Source of the DNA: Oleispira sp.
GTDB taxonomy: Bacteria > Pseudomonadota > Gammaproteobacteria > Pseudomonadales > Oceanobacteraceae
Assembly: GCA_051278005.1 (NCBI GenBank)
Contig: JBNMQK010000004.1
Location: forward strand, 2,945-66,944
Direction: 5' to 3'
DNA: 64,000 bases
Below, piece after piece: positions 51,739-61,702 of the stretch (position 1 is its first letter; the number at the start of each line of letters is the position of its first letter). A model generated the notes under the pieces. The model made no database searches and was not told the DNA's origin. It saw only the letters and a list, made by a program, of their open reading frames with translations. The position numbers and the translations under genes were made by a program.

Positions 51739-51790
51739 TCTTTAGGCAATAATCTTTTTCTATTTCGTCAGTAGATTCTCCCTTATTTTC

Positions 51791-51808
51791 AGCATACACT
51801 TGTATGCT
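51791..51808. promoter_or_regulatory. DesT/FabR-type operator
   Basis: 18-bp palindrome AGCATACA-CT-TGTATGCT just upstream of the desaturase operon SD. Confidence 0.75.
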
Positions 51809-51827
51809 CAAACTAAGGGAGTCCATC

Positions 51828-52979
51828 ATGAATTCATTAACACAGCAAGGCTGGACTTGGTTTAGCCAAGCGTTAACTCAGCACAGCTCATTTTCTGGTT
51901 ATTACCAACCCTTAATACAGATGTTCGTGCCTCAATGGGCCACAGACGCCTATCGTGCTCAAGTCATAGAGATTCGCGATGAAATGGCTGACATGTATAC
52001 CCTCGTGCTTAAACCTAAAGCAGGGTTGATTGATCGTGCATGGCCTGAATTTCAAGCGGGCCAATATATTGAACTGATGGTTGAAAAAGACGGTAGTCGG
52101 ACGTTGCGCTGCTTCAGTATTTCATCTTCTCCTGCTTATTATAAAAAAACAGGTTTAATTGAGTTGAGTATTCGTATTCAACAGCAAGGACGTATGACCC
52201 CTTGGATTCGTCAACAGTTAGCCCCAAGCAGTCTAGTTAATATATCGCTTGCTCAGGGTGAATTTACCTTACCTAATTCAGTTTTGACTAAGAAACCAGA
52301 TTCTGAAAAGTATCTGTTTATTGCCGGTGGCAGTGGCATCACGCCATTTCGTTCTATGTTGCAACAGCAAGCACTGCAGCAGAAAGCACTCAATAAGCAA
52401 TCGATAGCACTTGATATTCACCTACTGTACTACTCGCGAAATGATCAGCACATTGTTTTTCAGCATGAACTAGAACAGCTGCAGAAAGAATATCCAAGTA
52501 TCCAAATTACTTTTGTTAATGGCGAAAAAGAAGGTTTTATTTGTCGCGAACATTTACAGAGCTATTGCCCCGATTATGATTCACGTACGAGTTATATTTG
52601 CGGCCCTGCGCCTATGATTCAGCAAGCACGAAAAGTGCTAGCAGAACTGGAGGTTGCTGAAGAAAAAGTAATTTTTGAATTCTTTGGTGCCGCACCGGTT
52701 GAACTGAAAAATAATGAACACGCGGTTGTGCACTTTCAAGCCTCACAAAAAACAGCGGTTAGTGAAAAAGACGAAATTAATACCTTGTTAGAGCAAGCAG
52801 AAGCGCAAGGACTAACTCCCACTTCGGGTTGCCGTATTGGTGTTTGCCATCAGTGTATTTGTAAAAAGAAAAGTGGCATCGTTTTTAATACTCGCACGCA
52901 AAAATATTCAGATACCGGTAGTGAAGAAATTCAGCTGTGTATCTCCGTCGCTCAAGGCGATGTAGTACTTGATCTTTAA
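51828..52979 (+). CDS. FAD/NAD ferredoxin reductase with C-terminal 2Fe-2S (DesC-like desaturase partner)
   Basis: RCFSISS, AGGSGITP, YICGP, GCRIGVCHQC...C; start MNSLTQ with AAGGGAG SD. Confidence 0.9.
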   Translation: MNSLTQQGWTWFSQALTQHSSFSGYYQPLIQMFVPQWATDAYRAQVIEIRDEMADMYTLVLKPKAGLIDRAWPEFQAGQYIELMVEKDGSRTLRCFSISSSPAYYKKTGLIELSIRIQQQGRMTPWIRQQLAPSSLVNISLAQGEFTLPNSVLTKKPDSEKYLFIAGGSGITPFRSMLQQQALQQKALNKQSIALDIHLLYYSRNDQHIVFQHELEQLQKEYPSIQITFVNGEKEGFICREHLQSYCPDYDSRTSYICGPAPMIQQARKVLAELEVAEEKVIFEFFGAAPVELKNNEHAVVHFQASQKTAVSEKDEINTLLEQAEAQGLTPTSGCRIGVCHQCICKKKSGIVFNTRTQKYSDTGSEEIQLCISVAQGDVVLDL

Positions 52980-52999
52980 TCGACGATAAGGAAAAAAAT

Positions 53000-54124
53000 A
53001 TGACCACTAATCTTGCTAGTAATCGTCCGGATGCAGAAACATTGCACGCATTTGAAAACGACTTAAATACCATTCGTGAAGATACTATGGCGAAAGTGGG
53101 TGAGAAAGATGCTCGCTACATTCGTAACGTTATTCGTACTCAGCGTTTGGGTGATATAGCCGGCCGCCTAGCGTTGGTATTGGGTTTTTTACACCCATTA
53201 TTCTGGGTTGCGGGTGTCGCTTTATTAGCGCTGTCTAAAATTTTAGATAATATGGAAATTGGCCATAACGTTATGCACGGTCAATATGATTGGATGAACG
53301 ATCCTCACATTAATTCTCGAAAATTTGACTGGGATATTTGGGGCGATGGTGAATCTTGGAAGCGTTATCACAATTATGAACACCACACCTATACCAATAT
53401 TATTGGCAAAGATCGTGATTATGGTTATGGCTTATTACGTTTAAGTGATGATATTAGCTGGCGTCCAAAGAACCGCTTTCAGTTTATTACTTATACCTTA
53501 TTAAGTAGCTTTTTTCAGTTTGGTATTGCGTATCATGAAGTGGCAGGTGAGCGAATTTTTGCCGGTAAACCAAAAGAAGAATCAAGCTTGCCTATTAGTC
53601 GTGAAGCATTAAAACATTCTTTCTTTGCTAAAATTAAAAAACAGGTTTTTAAAGAGTACTTATTCTTCCCACTGTTGGCCGCTTTAATATCATGGCCCAT
53701 GTTTTTTGCGGTATTAGCAGGTAATATGCTTGCTGAATTTATTCGCAATTGGTGGACCGCCAGTGTGATATTCTGTGGCCACTTTACCGAAGATGCGCAA
53801 ACGTTTGATCAGAAGGAATGTGAAAATGAAACGCGCGGTGAATGGTATTATCGCCAAATTTTAGGTTCTTCGAATTTTGAAGGTAGTCGAGCCTTCCATA
53901 TTTTAACCGGACACTTAAGCTGTCAGATTGAACATCATTTGTTTCCCGATGTACCTGCCTATCATTATGTTGATATGACCAAGCAAGTTCAGGCGGTGTG
54001 TAAGAAATACAATATTCCTTACAATACAGGAACGTTTGGCCAGCAGTATTGGACGGTGGTTAAGCGTGTTATTAAATACTCATTTCCTACCAAAGATGAG
54101 AAGCATTTGGTGACAAATTCATAG
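53000..54124 (+). CDS. acyl-CoA desaturase (DesB/DesA3-like)
   Basis: His boxes HNVMH, HNYEHH, QIEHHLFP. Confidence 0.93.
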   Translation: MTTNLASNRPDAETLHAFENDLNTIREDTMAKVGEKDARYIRNVIRTQRLGDIAGRLALVLGFLHPLFWVAGVALLALSKILDNMEIGHNVMHGQYDWMNDPHINSRKFDWDIWGDGESWKRYHNYEHHTYTNIIGKDRDYGYGLLRLSDDISWRPKNRFQFITYTLLSSFFQFGIAYHEVAGERIFAGKPKEESSLPISREALKHSFFAKIKKQVFKEYLFFPLLAALISWPMFFAVLAGNMLAEFIRNWWTASVIFCGHFTEDAQTFDQKECENETRGEWYYRQILGSSNFEGSRAFHILTGHLSCQIEHHLFPDVPAYHYVDMTKQVQAVCKKYNIPYNTGTFGQQYWTVVKRVIKYSFPTKDEKHLVTNS

Positions 54125-54148
54125 TATTAATGCAAATTAATAAATAGA

Positions 54149-54189
54149 AGACATAAAAAAGCCACTCAATGAGTGGCTTTTTTATGTCT
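54149..54189. terminator. bidirectional terminator desaturase/tolC
   Basis: AGACATAAAAAAGCCACTCA A TGAGTGGCTTTTTTATGTCT. Confidence 0.9.
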
Positions 54190-54210
54190 TGGGTTCAATT
54201 TAATAAAAGT

Positions 54211-55509
54211 TTACTTCAACCAAGCATTCAATGCCTGGATATCAGCTTCACCTAATGAACCTGCAAAGAATTTCAGATTTAATAAATCAATAATATAATC
54301 ATAACGGGCATTGGCATAATCACGCTGGGCACTGAACAAATTACGCTGAGCATTTAATACTTCAACAATGTTACGAGTGCCTACTTGATAACCGGTTTCA
54401 GTGGCTTCTAAAGCGCTCTGAGAAGAAACCGTTGCACGCTGACGCGCTTTAACCGTGAGTACATCAGTTTGAACTTTACGGTATAAACTGCGGATATTGT
54501 TTTTAACCGTACGCTGCTGCAAATCTAAATTAGCACTGGCTTCAGTAGATCGTGCTGCGGCTTGTTTCGCTCTGGCGTAATTACTGCCCCCGGCAAATAA
54601 AGGAATTGTTGCGGAGAATGCGAGAGTAGTATTGATTGAGTCGGTCGTCATCTCACTGCTTACTCTATCGCCATTGGCGTAGTAGCTCCATTGTGCGTTA
54701 ATTTGGGGCGCGTAGTTAGACCAGCTCGCTTTACGGGTATATTCCGCGGCGTTAACACCTTCATGTGCTAGTTGAATACCTGCGTATTTACTTAGGCCCG
54801 CTTCAACCCATTCATTGGCGGCTTTCTTAGGACTAGAGAATTCTACGTTAGCATTTAACTGAGCAAGATTTTCAAAGCGCTGACCTGTGATTTGTTCTAA
54901 TGCTTCGTAACTAATATCTAACGCTGCTTCTCGGCCAATCAGGTTAGCATACGATAAATCGTAAGACGCTTCTGCTTCATGCACTTCGGTGATGGCAATC
55001 AAGCCTACTTCAAAGCGTTGCTGAGTCTGTTCTAACTGACGCTTAACCGCCGTTTCTTCGGCACGAGCCGTCTCTAAATTTTCTTTGGCGCGCAGTACAT
55101 TGAAATAGGCTTCAGCGCTGCGTAAAATTAATTGCTGTTCACTTAATACATATTCTAAATTAGAAGCATCTCCACCGGCTGCAGCGGCTTTGAAGTTGTA
55201 CCAACTATTTAGGTTGAATAATGTCTGACTAATGGTCGCATTATAAGAAAAGGTATTGAAGTCATCGGAGCCTGCATCGGTTTCTATTTCCGACGTTGCT
55301 AAAGTCGCGCCCAAACTAATTTGCGGTAGCAGTGCTGCGCGCGCTAAATTTACTTGGTAGTCACCAGCGTCACGCTTTGCTTTAGCCGCTGCTAGCTCTG
55401 CATCGTTAGTGAGTGATAGCTGATAAATTTCGTTAAGGTCTGCCGCCATAATATTACTGGCAAAAAAAGCAGAGGATATTAACGATGTTAGTGCAATAAT
55501 TTTTTTCAT
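54211..55509 (-). CDS. tolC: TolC-family outer membrane channel
   Basis: Signal peptide, LLPQI, AYFNVL, RFEVGL, GY.VGTR.IV.VL.AQ; divergent from nudF. Confidence 0.93.
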   Translation of the reverse strand: MKKIIALTSLISSAFFASNIMAADLNEIYQLSLTNDAELAAAKAKRDAGDYQVNLARAALLPQISLGATLATSEIETDAGSDDFNTFSYNATISQTLFNLNSWYNFKAAAAGGDASNLEYVLSEQQLILRSAEAYFNVLRAKENLETARAEETAVKRQLEQTQQRFEVGLIAITEVHEAEASYDLSYANLIGREAALDISYEALEQITGQRFENLAQLNANVEFSSPKKAANEWVEAGLSKYAGIQLAHEGVNAAEYTRKASWSNYAPQINAQWSYYANGDRVSSEMTTDSINTTLAFSATIPLFAGGSNYARAKQAAARSTEASANLDLQQRTVKNNIRSLYRKVQTDVLTVKARQRATVSSQSALEATETGYQVGTRNIVEVLNAQRNLFSAQRDYANARYDYIIDLLNLKFFAGSLGEADIQALNAWLK

Positions 55510-55669
55510 AACAAGGTCTCAAGCGGCTCGTAAAACAGATTGATCAGAATTTTAACAGATTAATCTGTTAATACATGGCTAAATTGTACCCGTATCAGCA
55601 ACACTGCGTTACAGGGGAGTCAATCTTGTAATGGTATAATGTTCCCATTGAATAATATAGTGAATCACA

Positions 55670-56320
55670 ATGTCAGAAATAACCGTCAGTTTTAGTCAAG
55701 GTGACTATAAAATAATAGCCAAAAAGTCTTTATATAATGGTTTTTTTAAAATGAATCGTTTTGAAATACAGCATCGGCTATTTGCGGGCGGCAGTAGTGC
55801 AACGTTTAGCCGAGAGTTATTTGAACGGGGTGAAGCAGCTGCCGTATTGCTTTACGATCCCAATGAAAACGTTGTGGTATTGACTGAGCAGTTTCGCATG
55901 GGTGCTGCGTTAGATGAATCACGGACTTCTCCTTGGTTATTAGAAGTGGTTGCAGGAATAATTGAAGAAGGTGAGCAAGCCGAAGACGTTGCACGGCGTG
56001 AAGCGCAAGAAGAAGCTGGTTGTGTTATTAACGACTTAATTCCCATTTCTAGTTACTGGTCTTCTCCAGGCGGTACTTCAGAAAAAATACATTTGTATTG
56101 TGCTTTAATCGATAGTCGTGGCATGGGAGGGATACACGGTCTTGATCATGAGCAAGAGGATATATTAGTGCGTATAATTCCGTTTGATAACGCTTATAGC
56201 GGTATTGCTAGTGGTGAGATTAATAATGCTGCGACCATAATTGCTTTGCAGTGGCTAAAGTTAAATCAACCACTATTAAGTCAAGAAAATGAAAACAATA
56301 TAGCCAAAAAGACTGTTTAG
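55670..56320 (+). CDS. nudF: ADP-ribose pyrophosphatase
   Basis: Nudix box GIIEEGE...VARREAQEEAG, SPGG, EDI. Confidence 0.93.
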   Translation: MSEITVSFSQGDYKIIAKKSLYNGFFKMNRFEIQHRLFAGGSSATFSRELFERGEAAAVLLYDPNENVVVLTEQFRMGAALDESRTSPWLLEVVAGIIEEGEQAEDVARREAQEEAGCVINDLIPISSYWSSPGGTSEKIHLYCALIDSRGMGGIHGLDHEQEDILVRIIPFDNAYSGIASGEINNAATIIALQWLKLNQPLLSQENENNIAKKTV

Positions 56321-56415
56321 TCTGGTTATTAAATTATATAAGTCTTTCCTCTAGGCAATATGCCCGCTTTTCGTTAGGGTGACGGATGAATATGAAAAAA
56401 TAGAAGGATGAAGGT

Positions 56416-56889
56416 ATGGCATTAAATCGCCGCTATGTGCCCGATTTAAAGAAAATGGCCGCGGCTTGTGAAGGAAATTACATTCGCTTGAATAAGCTAA
56501 TGCCTGATTTTGAGCTTGGTTATGAAAAGTCATTTTTTATTAGTGGCGATTTGTCGACTGAGAGCTCTGAATATGAAGCTCGAATACATTTAAAAGTCAT
56601 TGAGAGCTTTCCTTACACTTCGACTATTGAAGTCGTACAACGGGGTCTTTGCCCAGACTGGATTCAGCCACCTTGTATGCTTGTGCGCATATACCATGAC
56701 GCTCGCTCGGCTGAAGTGACGAGTTATCAGAATCAAAAGCGTATTCAAGGTAAATACCAATATCCTAATCCGCAAATGCGGATGCCTGACGAAAAGGCTC
56801 AACTCAATCAATTCTTAGCTGAATGGCTTACCCATTGCCTTAAATATGGTCATGCAGAAGTGGCATTAGATTTTGCACCGTTGCGTTAA
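56416..56889 (+). CDS. yqiB: DUF1249 protein
   Basis: CE.NY.RL.KL, YHDARSAEV, YPNP.M...DEK.QLN.FL.EWL. Confidence 0.92.
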   Translation: MALNRRYVPDLKKMAAACEGNYIRLNKLMPDFELGYEKSFFISGDLSTESSEYEARIHLKVIESFPYTSTIEVVQRGLCPDWIQPPCMLVRIYHDARSAEVTSYQNQKRIQGKYQYPNPQMRMPDEKAQLNQFLAEWLTHCLKYGHAEVALDFAPLR

Positions 56890-56906
56890 TGGTTCGCGAA
56901 TTTAAT

Positions 56907-56928
56907 AAAGTGTGATGTAATTCTAAAG
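56907..56928. promoter_or_regulatory. candidate CRP/Vfr site upstream of cpdA
   Basis: AAAG-TGTGA-TGTAAT-TCTAA; one perfect half-site. Confidence 0.5.
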
Positions 56929-56999
56929 ACGTTTCAAAAATAGTCTATATAGTAAGAGATTGTTTGAGAAATCATCAAATTTTGTACACGGAGCGCCTA

Positions 57000-57806
57000 T
57001 TGTATTTGCTAGATAATGAAGGACCCATTCAATTTATTCAGATAACGGATACGCATCTAGTCGAAGCGGTTGACGGTCACTTACTGGGATTAGAAACTCA
57101 AAATAGCCTCGAACAGGTGTTAAGCAGTGTTCAATCTGAAAATGATCACTTCGATTTTTTTGTGGTATCGGGTGACGTATCTCAAGATGGTTCACTTTCT
57201 TCTTATCAGCGATTGCAAGAGTCACTGGCGCCTTTTAACGTGCCATCATTTTGGTTTCCTGGAAATCACGATGAAATGTCCAACATGAAGGCTGTTTGCC
57301 AAGATACAGAGCATTTAGAAAACACAGTTCGCACGCCCCATTGGCAGCTCGTATTGTTGAATTCTCAAGTTGAAGGCGCAGTTTTTGGCAACTTAGCCGA
57401 TGATCAGTTCGAGCTTTTGGAGCGTGCTTTAACAGAACGTCCCGATTTGTATACCTTGATTAGCCTACACCATCACCCGATTCCAATGGGCAGTGGTTGG
57501 ATGGATAAAATTGGGGTGAAAAACGGTGAAAAATTGATGGAAATCGCCCGTAAATATCCCAAGGTAAAGTGTATTCTATGGGGTCATGTTCATCAGGACA
57601 GCGATCGTATGGTTGATGGAATTCGTATGCTATCTACCCCTTCCACTTGCATCCAGTTTACCCCAAAGTCGATAGATTTTAATATTGATATGCGCGCCCC
57701 AGGCTATCGTCGTTTACAACTGAATCATGATGGTTCGATTGAAACTGAGGTATCACGGGTAGAAGGTATTGAGTTTGCAGTTGATGTGTCCGGTAAAGGA
57801 TACTAA
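57000..57806 (+). CDS. cpdA: 3',5'-cyclic AMP phosphodiesterase
   Basis: DTH, GDVSQD, GNHD, HHHP, GHVH, PSTC.QF; TTG start after GGAG. Confidence 0.95.
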   Translation: MYLLDNEGPIQFIQITDTHLVEAVDGHLLGLETQNSLEQVLSSVQSENDHFDFFVVSGDVSQDGSLSSYQRLQESLAPFNVPSFWFPGNHDEMSNMKAVCQDTEHLENTVRTPHWQLVLLNSQVEGAVFGNLADDQFELLERALTERPDLYTLISLHHHPIPMGSGWMDKIGVKNGEKLMEIARKYPKVKCILWGHVHQDSDRMVDGIRMLSTPSTCIQFTPKSIDFNIDMRAPGYRRLQLNHDGSIETEVSRVEGIEFAVDVSGKGY

Positions 57807-57837
57807 AAAAATTTAATAAGGTTACCCTCCCATTATC

Positions 57838-58437
57838 ATGATACTTCCTTGTAATATTGCCTGTGTTTACTTACACGGTTTTCTAAGCTCTCCAAAGTCT
57901 AAAAAAGCCCAAGAATTAATTCAATTTTTTGCTGACCATCAAATGCAACATCAGCTGTGTGTGCCGACCTTATCGTTTGAGCCTTCCGTCGCGATTAAGC
58001 AAGCGCAGAATGCGATTCATAAACTGAAGCAGCAAGAGGGAATCGATCAGGTATTTGTGATGGGAAGTTCATTGGGCGGCTTTTATGCGACGTATCTTGC
58101 GGAACAAGAGAATATAAAAGCGGTCTTGATTAATCCAGCGGTTCGTCCTTATGAACTCTTTGATAAGTATTTAGGGCCTAATGAACATTTCTATGATGGC
58201 AAAACGTATCTATTAGAGTTGAAACATATTGAACAGCTGCAAGCGCTAAATATCGAGAAACTGAGTAGACCTAGCGGTCAGCTGTTATTATTACAAACAG
58301 GTGATGAAACCTTGGACTATCGATTGGCAATCGAAAATTACAGTGACAGCCCTAGTTTTATAGAACCTGGCGGCAACCATAGCTATGAGGGCTTTATGCA
58401 AAGGTTATCCTCTATATTTTATTTTATTCAGCGCTAA
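57838..58437 (+). CDS. yqiA: YqiA/YcfP alpha/beta esterase
   Basis: YLHGFLSSP.S.KA, GSSLGG, NPAV, GDE.LDY, GGNH. Confidence 0.93.
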   Translation: MILPCNIACVYLHGFLSSPKSKKAQELIQFFADHQMQHQLCVPTLSFEPSVAIKQAQNAIHKLKQQEGIDQVFVMGSSLGGFYATYLAEQENIKAVLINPAVRPYELFDKYLGPNEHFYDGKTYLLELKHIEQLQALNIEKLSRPSGQLLLLQTGDETLDYRLAIENYSDSPSFIEPGGNHSYEGFMQRLSSIFYFIQR

Positions 58438-58443
58438 CGGTGT

Positions 58444-58953
58444 TTAGCGTTTTACTGTGATTCGATTGTTCATATCACGACTTTTTCGAATGAGTTCGTT
58501 ACCTTCTTCAGGCAGGTTGGATTTGGCAAGGCGATCATACAATACAATATTGACCGTGGCAGCAAGATTCAAGCATCCGTGAGTTGGGATATAAACAACA
58601 CTATCCGCTCTATTGACAACCTTTTGTTTTACACTGCCATCTTCAGGGCCAAAAATATAAAAAGCATTTTCTGGATGCTGAAAATTCGATAATGATTCGG
58701 CATTCTCTGCCAATTCAATGACTACGATCTTAGCTCCTTCTGGGGCACTTTCTAATAAACACTCAACGCTAGCAAGAGGAATATTTTTGCTTTGACTTTG
58801 GGTATCAGTACAAAATGCCGCCGCGCGGTCATAGCGTATACCCGTATATAAAATATTGTCGGCTTGAAAGCATCCAGCAGCTCTTAGAACGGCGCCGACA
58901 TTGGTTGGACTCTTAGGATTACTAAGGCCAAGGGTAACTTTAGAATGACTCAT
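58444..58953 (-). CDS. SpoU/TrmH-family RNA methyltransferase
   Basis: NPKSPTNVGAVLRAA, FGPEDG, CLNLAATVNIVLYDR. Confidence 0.9.
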   Translation of the reverse strand: MSHSKVTLGLSNPKSPTNVGAVLRAAGCFQADNILYTGIRYDRAAAFCTDTQSQSKNIPLASVECLLESAPEGAKIVVIELAENAESLSNFQHPENAFYIFGPEDGSVKQKVVNRADSVVYIPTHGCLNLAATVNIVLYDRLAKSNLPEEGNELIRKSRDMNNRITVKR

Positions 58954-59152
58954 TCAAGCAGTATCTCGTGTTAATGCGATTAAGGAATAACAAAAATGGC
59001 TTGCATATTATAATACATTCTTAAGGTTATTATCGAATAGTAAGCATAGCGTAAAGACCGTTCGTTAGCGTACAAAAATAGTGGTGAGTCACTCCAGATC
59101 TGATGCCCTATGCTAATATTGATGTATATTTACTATTTGCAAAAGGTCTATC

Positions 59153-61693
59153 TTGACTAAGGGAATTTTAAAACAGTCGTTAGCATATATAATGCTAGCC
59201 ATATTTATTATGTTGGTTTATCAGTATGTTATTGCTATTTCTGATCCTACGCAAAATACAATACAAAGCGGACAGAACGGTTTTCAAGTCGATAAAGCGT
59301 TTTTAATTGATACAAGTGAAGAGCTAACATTGGACCAGCTCCTGGCTGATAAATCAGCGCTAGTGAAACAGCCGCTTAGTGAGATACCTTGGAGTTACAC
59401 TCAGCAAACCTATTGGATTCATTTTGTTATTCGTAATAACAATCAGCATGGGGTTGATATCGTTAGTCATTTTTCAAACCCTATGCTTGAGCAGCTGACC
59501 GTGTATCAAGTGTTAGCCAATAAGCGGGTCAAAGAAAAAAAATTAGGGTGGCAGGCATCTAATCTTAATAGGCTGAATCGTAGTATTCCGTCATATGAAA
59601 TGAGGCTTGAGCAAAAAGAAACGGTTGAACTGTATATTCGTATTGCCACGGAAGGTGTAGCAAAAACGCCCATCAACTTATACCTTAAAGATGATTTTTA
59701 TAACCTAGTACGGTTTACATTTCTGATTTGGGGAAGTTTCATAGGTATCTTAGTTGCGATAGCTTTATATAACTTGGTCTTATTTTTAGGATTGAAAGAC
59801 AGCGTATATTTATTATACGTCGGCTACATCACTTCAATTTTGATGATGCTAGGCGTTGTGATCGGCTTTGGTCATTATATTTGGCCAGAAAGTCTTCTTA
59901 GGATTTTCCATGGAAATATGGCGGCAATAGGTGTTTTAATAATAATATTTGTTATGTCTTTTGCGTTGTCATTTTTCAATGCCCGTCACAATAAAACACG
60001 AACGGTCAGGTTTTGTAATTGTTATCTCATTTATCTTATTGTGTTTGCTTTTATTAGTTTATTTTTACCAGAGTATATAGTCGCTCCTTTTTTCTTTTTG
60101 AACATGGCACTTCTATACCCCGCCACTATATCTCTTATCGTTCAGCAATATAAAATTAATCACCTATGGGCAAAATTATATGTAGTTTCATGGGTGCCGC
60201 TTATCTTAGGTGCCACTTTTCAACCTTTGGGTTTATTAGGTATCATTGAAGATTCATTTATAATCCACCATGCACTGATGATTGGCGTATTGTTTGAAAT
60301 TATTATAATAGCTATGGCACTTGCAAGCCGCATGCAATATAAAAAAGAGAAAACCATATATAATGTAACTCATGAACCTGAAACTCAGTTGGCTAATACC
60401 CATTTGCTCGAAATTAAAATGAAAGAATTGTTTAAATACGATACTGATTTCGCCGTTTGCATTATTGAAATTACAGGATTCTCAAGTTTATTACCCTATA
60501 TAAGTAATGCCGATAATAATGACCTAACGCTTATGGTCGCTCATACTATTGAAAAAACGCTACGCCATAAAGATAACTTTATGGTGTTGGAATATAATAA
60601 AAATAAAACCATTAAGCTAGCAAAAATCAATGAAGGTGTTTTTGCAGTGCTTGTCGATGTGAATTTTACTTCACATAAAGAGCATGAATGTTTGAAAACA
60701 CAAATGGCATCTTTGCAGGGCGATGTAGCGAAAGGAGCGCAGATTAGAAAATTATTCATCAACCTTTCAACCAGAGTTGGTGTTTCTCGTTTAGAAAAGC
60801 AGAAAGAAGTATTACCTTCCGATATTATTAAGCAGGCCTATCAGGCACTTGAGAAGGGAGCGCGAGAAGGGGTAGAGTTTTCGGTTTATCACCAAGAAGA
60901 AGCCTTGAATGTTGCCAAGAGATTAGAGTTAGCATCAGACCTGCAGCAAGCTCTTAGAAATAATGAATTACAACTCTTTCATCAACCTCAAATTGATATA
61001 AATAAAAATACAGTCGATGGTTCTGAAGTATTGTTACGTTGGAAGCATAAGTATTATGGATTTATTGCCCCTGACGTTTTTATTAAATTGGCAGAAGATA
61101 CGGGTATTATTAACGAGTTGACACTGTGGGTTGCGGATAGAGCTTGTCGTGACTTAGAAGAAATAATTAACTTAGGTTATGCAAATTATAATGTGTCGGT
61201 TAATATCAGCGGTAAAGACATATCAGAACCGAACTTTTTAACTCATATTAAAGAAATAATTAGTCAGTATGATATTCCTATTTCCAGTTTAACATTCGAG
61301 CTGACAGAGTCTGTGATGGTGAATGATTTTAATCATCTAAGTCACATAATGAATGAGCTAGCCTCAATGGGAATACACGTAGCGATTGATGATTATGGGA
61401 CAGGGTACTCGTCTTTATTGTATATTTCACAGCTACCTTTTAATGAACTTAAAATTGATAAAAGTTTTATTAAAGATTTAGAAAGTTCAGAGCGGGATTT
61501 AACCATTGTTAGAACAACAATCGAAATGGCTAAAAATCTAGGCTTAAAAATTGTTGCTGAAGGAATAGAATCTAAGGCGGTCGGGGAAATCCTAAAGCGT
61601 CATGGCTGTAACATAGCTCAGGGTTATTATTATCAAAAACCAATAGAGTTTAGTCAATATTTATCTTGGTTAGCTCAATATCAGCATAACTAG
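59153..61693 (+). CDS. 7TMR-DISM sensor + degenerate GGDEF + EAL c-di-GMP phosphodiesterase
   Basis: Periplasmic DISMED2-like domain, 7TM (ALYNL.LF...KD..YL.Y), GGDEF position reads NEGVF, EAL: QPQ, EVLLRW, ELTES, DDYGTGYSSL, KIDKSF, EGIE, QGYY. Confidence 0.88.
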   Translation: MTKGILKQSLAYIMLAIFIMLVYQYVIAISDPTQNTIQSGQNGFQVDKAFLIDTSEELTLDQLLADKSALVKQPLSEIPWSYTQQTYWIHFVIRNNNQHGVDIVSHFSNPMLEQLTVYQVLANKRVKEKKLGWQASNLNRLNRSIPSYEMRLEQKETVELYIRIATEGVAKTPINLYLKDDFYNLVRFTFLIWGSFIGILVAIALYNLVLFLGLKDSVYLLYVGYITSILMMLGVVIGFGHYIWPESLLRIFHGNMAAIGVLIIIFVMSFALSFFNARHNKTRTVRFCNCYLIYLIVFAFISLFLPEYIVAPFFFLNMALLYPATISLIVQQYKINHLWAKLYVVSWVPLILGATFQPLGLLGIIEDSFIIHHALMIGVLFEIIIIAMALASRMQYKKEKTIYNVTHEPETQLANTHLLEIKMKELFKYDTDFAVCIIEITGFSSLLPYISNADNNDLTLMVAHTIEKTLRHKDNFMVLEYNKNKTIKLAKINEGVFAVLVDVNFTSHKEHECLKTQMASLQGDVAKGAQIRKLFINLSTRVGVSRLEKQKEVLPSDIIKQAYQALEKGAREGVEFSVYHQEEALNVAKRLELASDLQQALRNNELQLFHQPQIDINKNTVDGSEVLLRWKHKYYGFIAPDVFIKLAEDTGIINELTLWVADRACRDLEEIINLGYANYNVSVNISGKDISEPNFLTHIKEIISQYDIPISSLTFELTESVMVNDFNHLSHIMNELASMGIHVAIDDYGTGYSSLLYISQLPFNELKIDKSFIKDLESSERDLTIVRTTIEMAKNLGLKIVAEGIESKAVGEILKRHGCNIAQGYYYQKPIEFSQYLSWLAQYQHN

Positions 61694-61702
61694 AAAAAAG
61701 GG

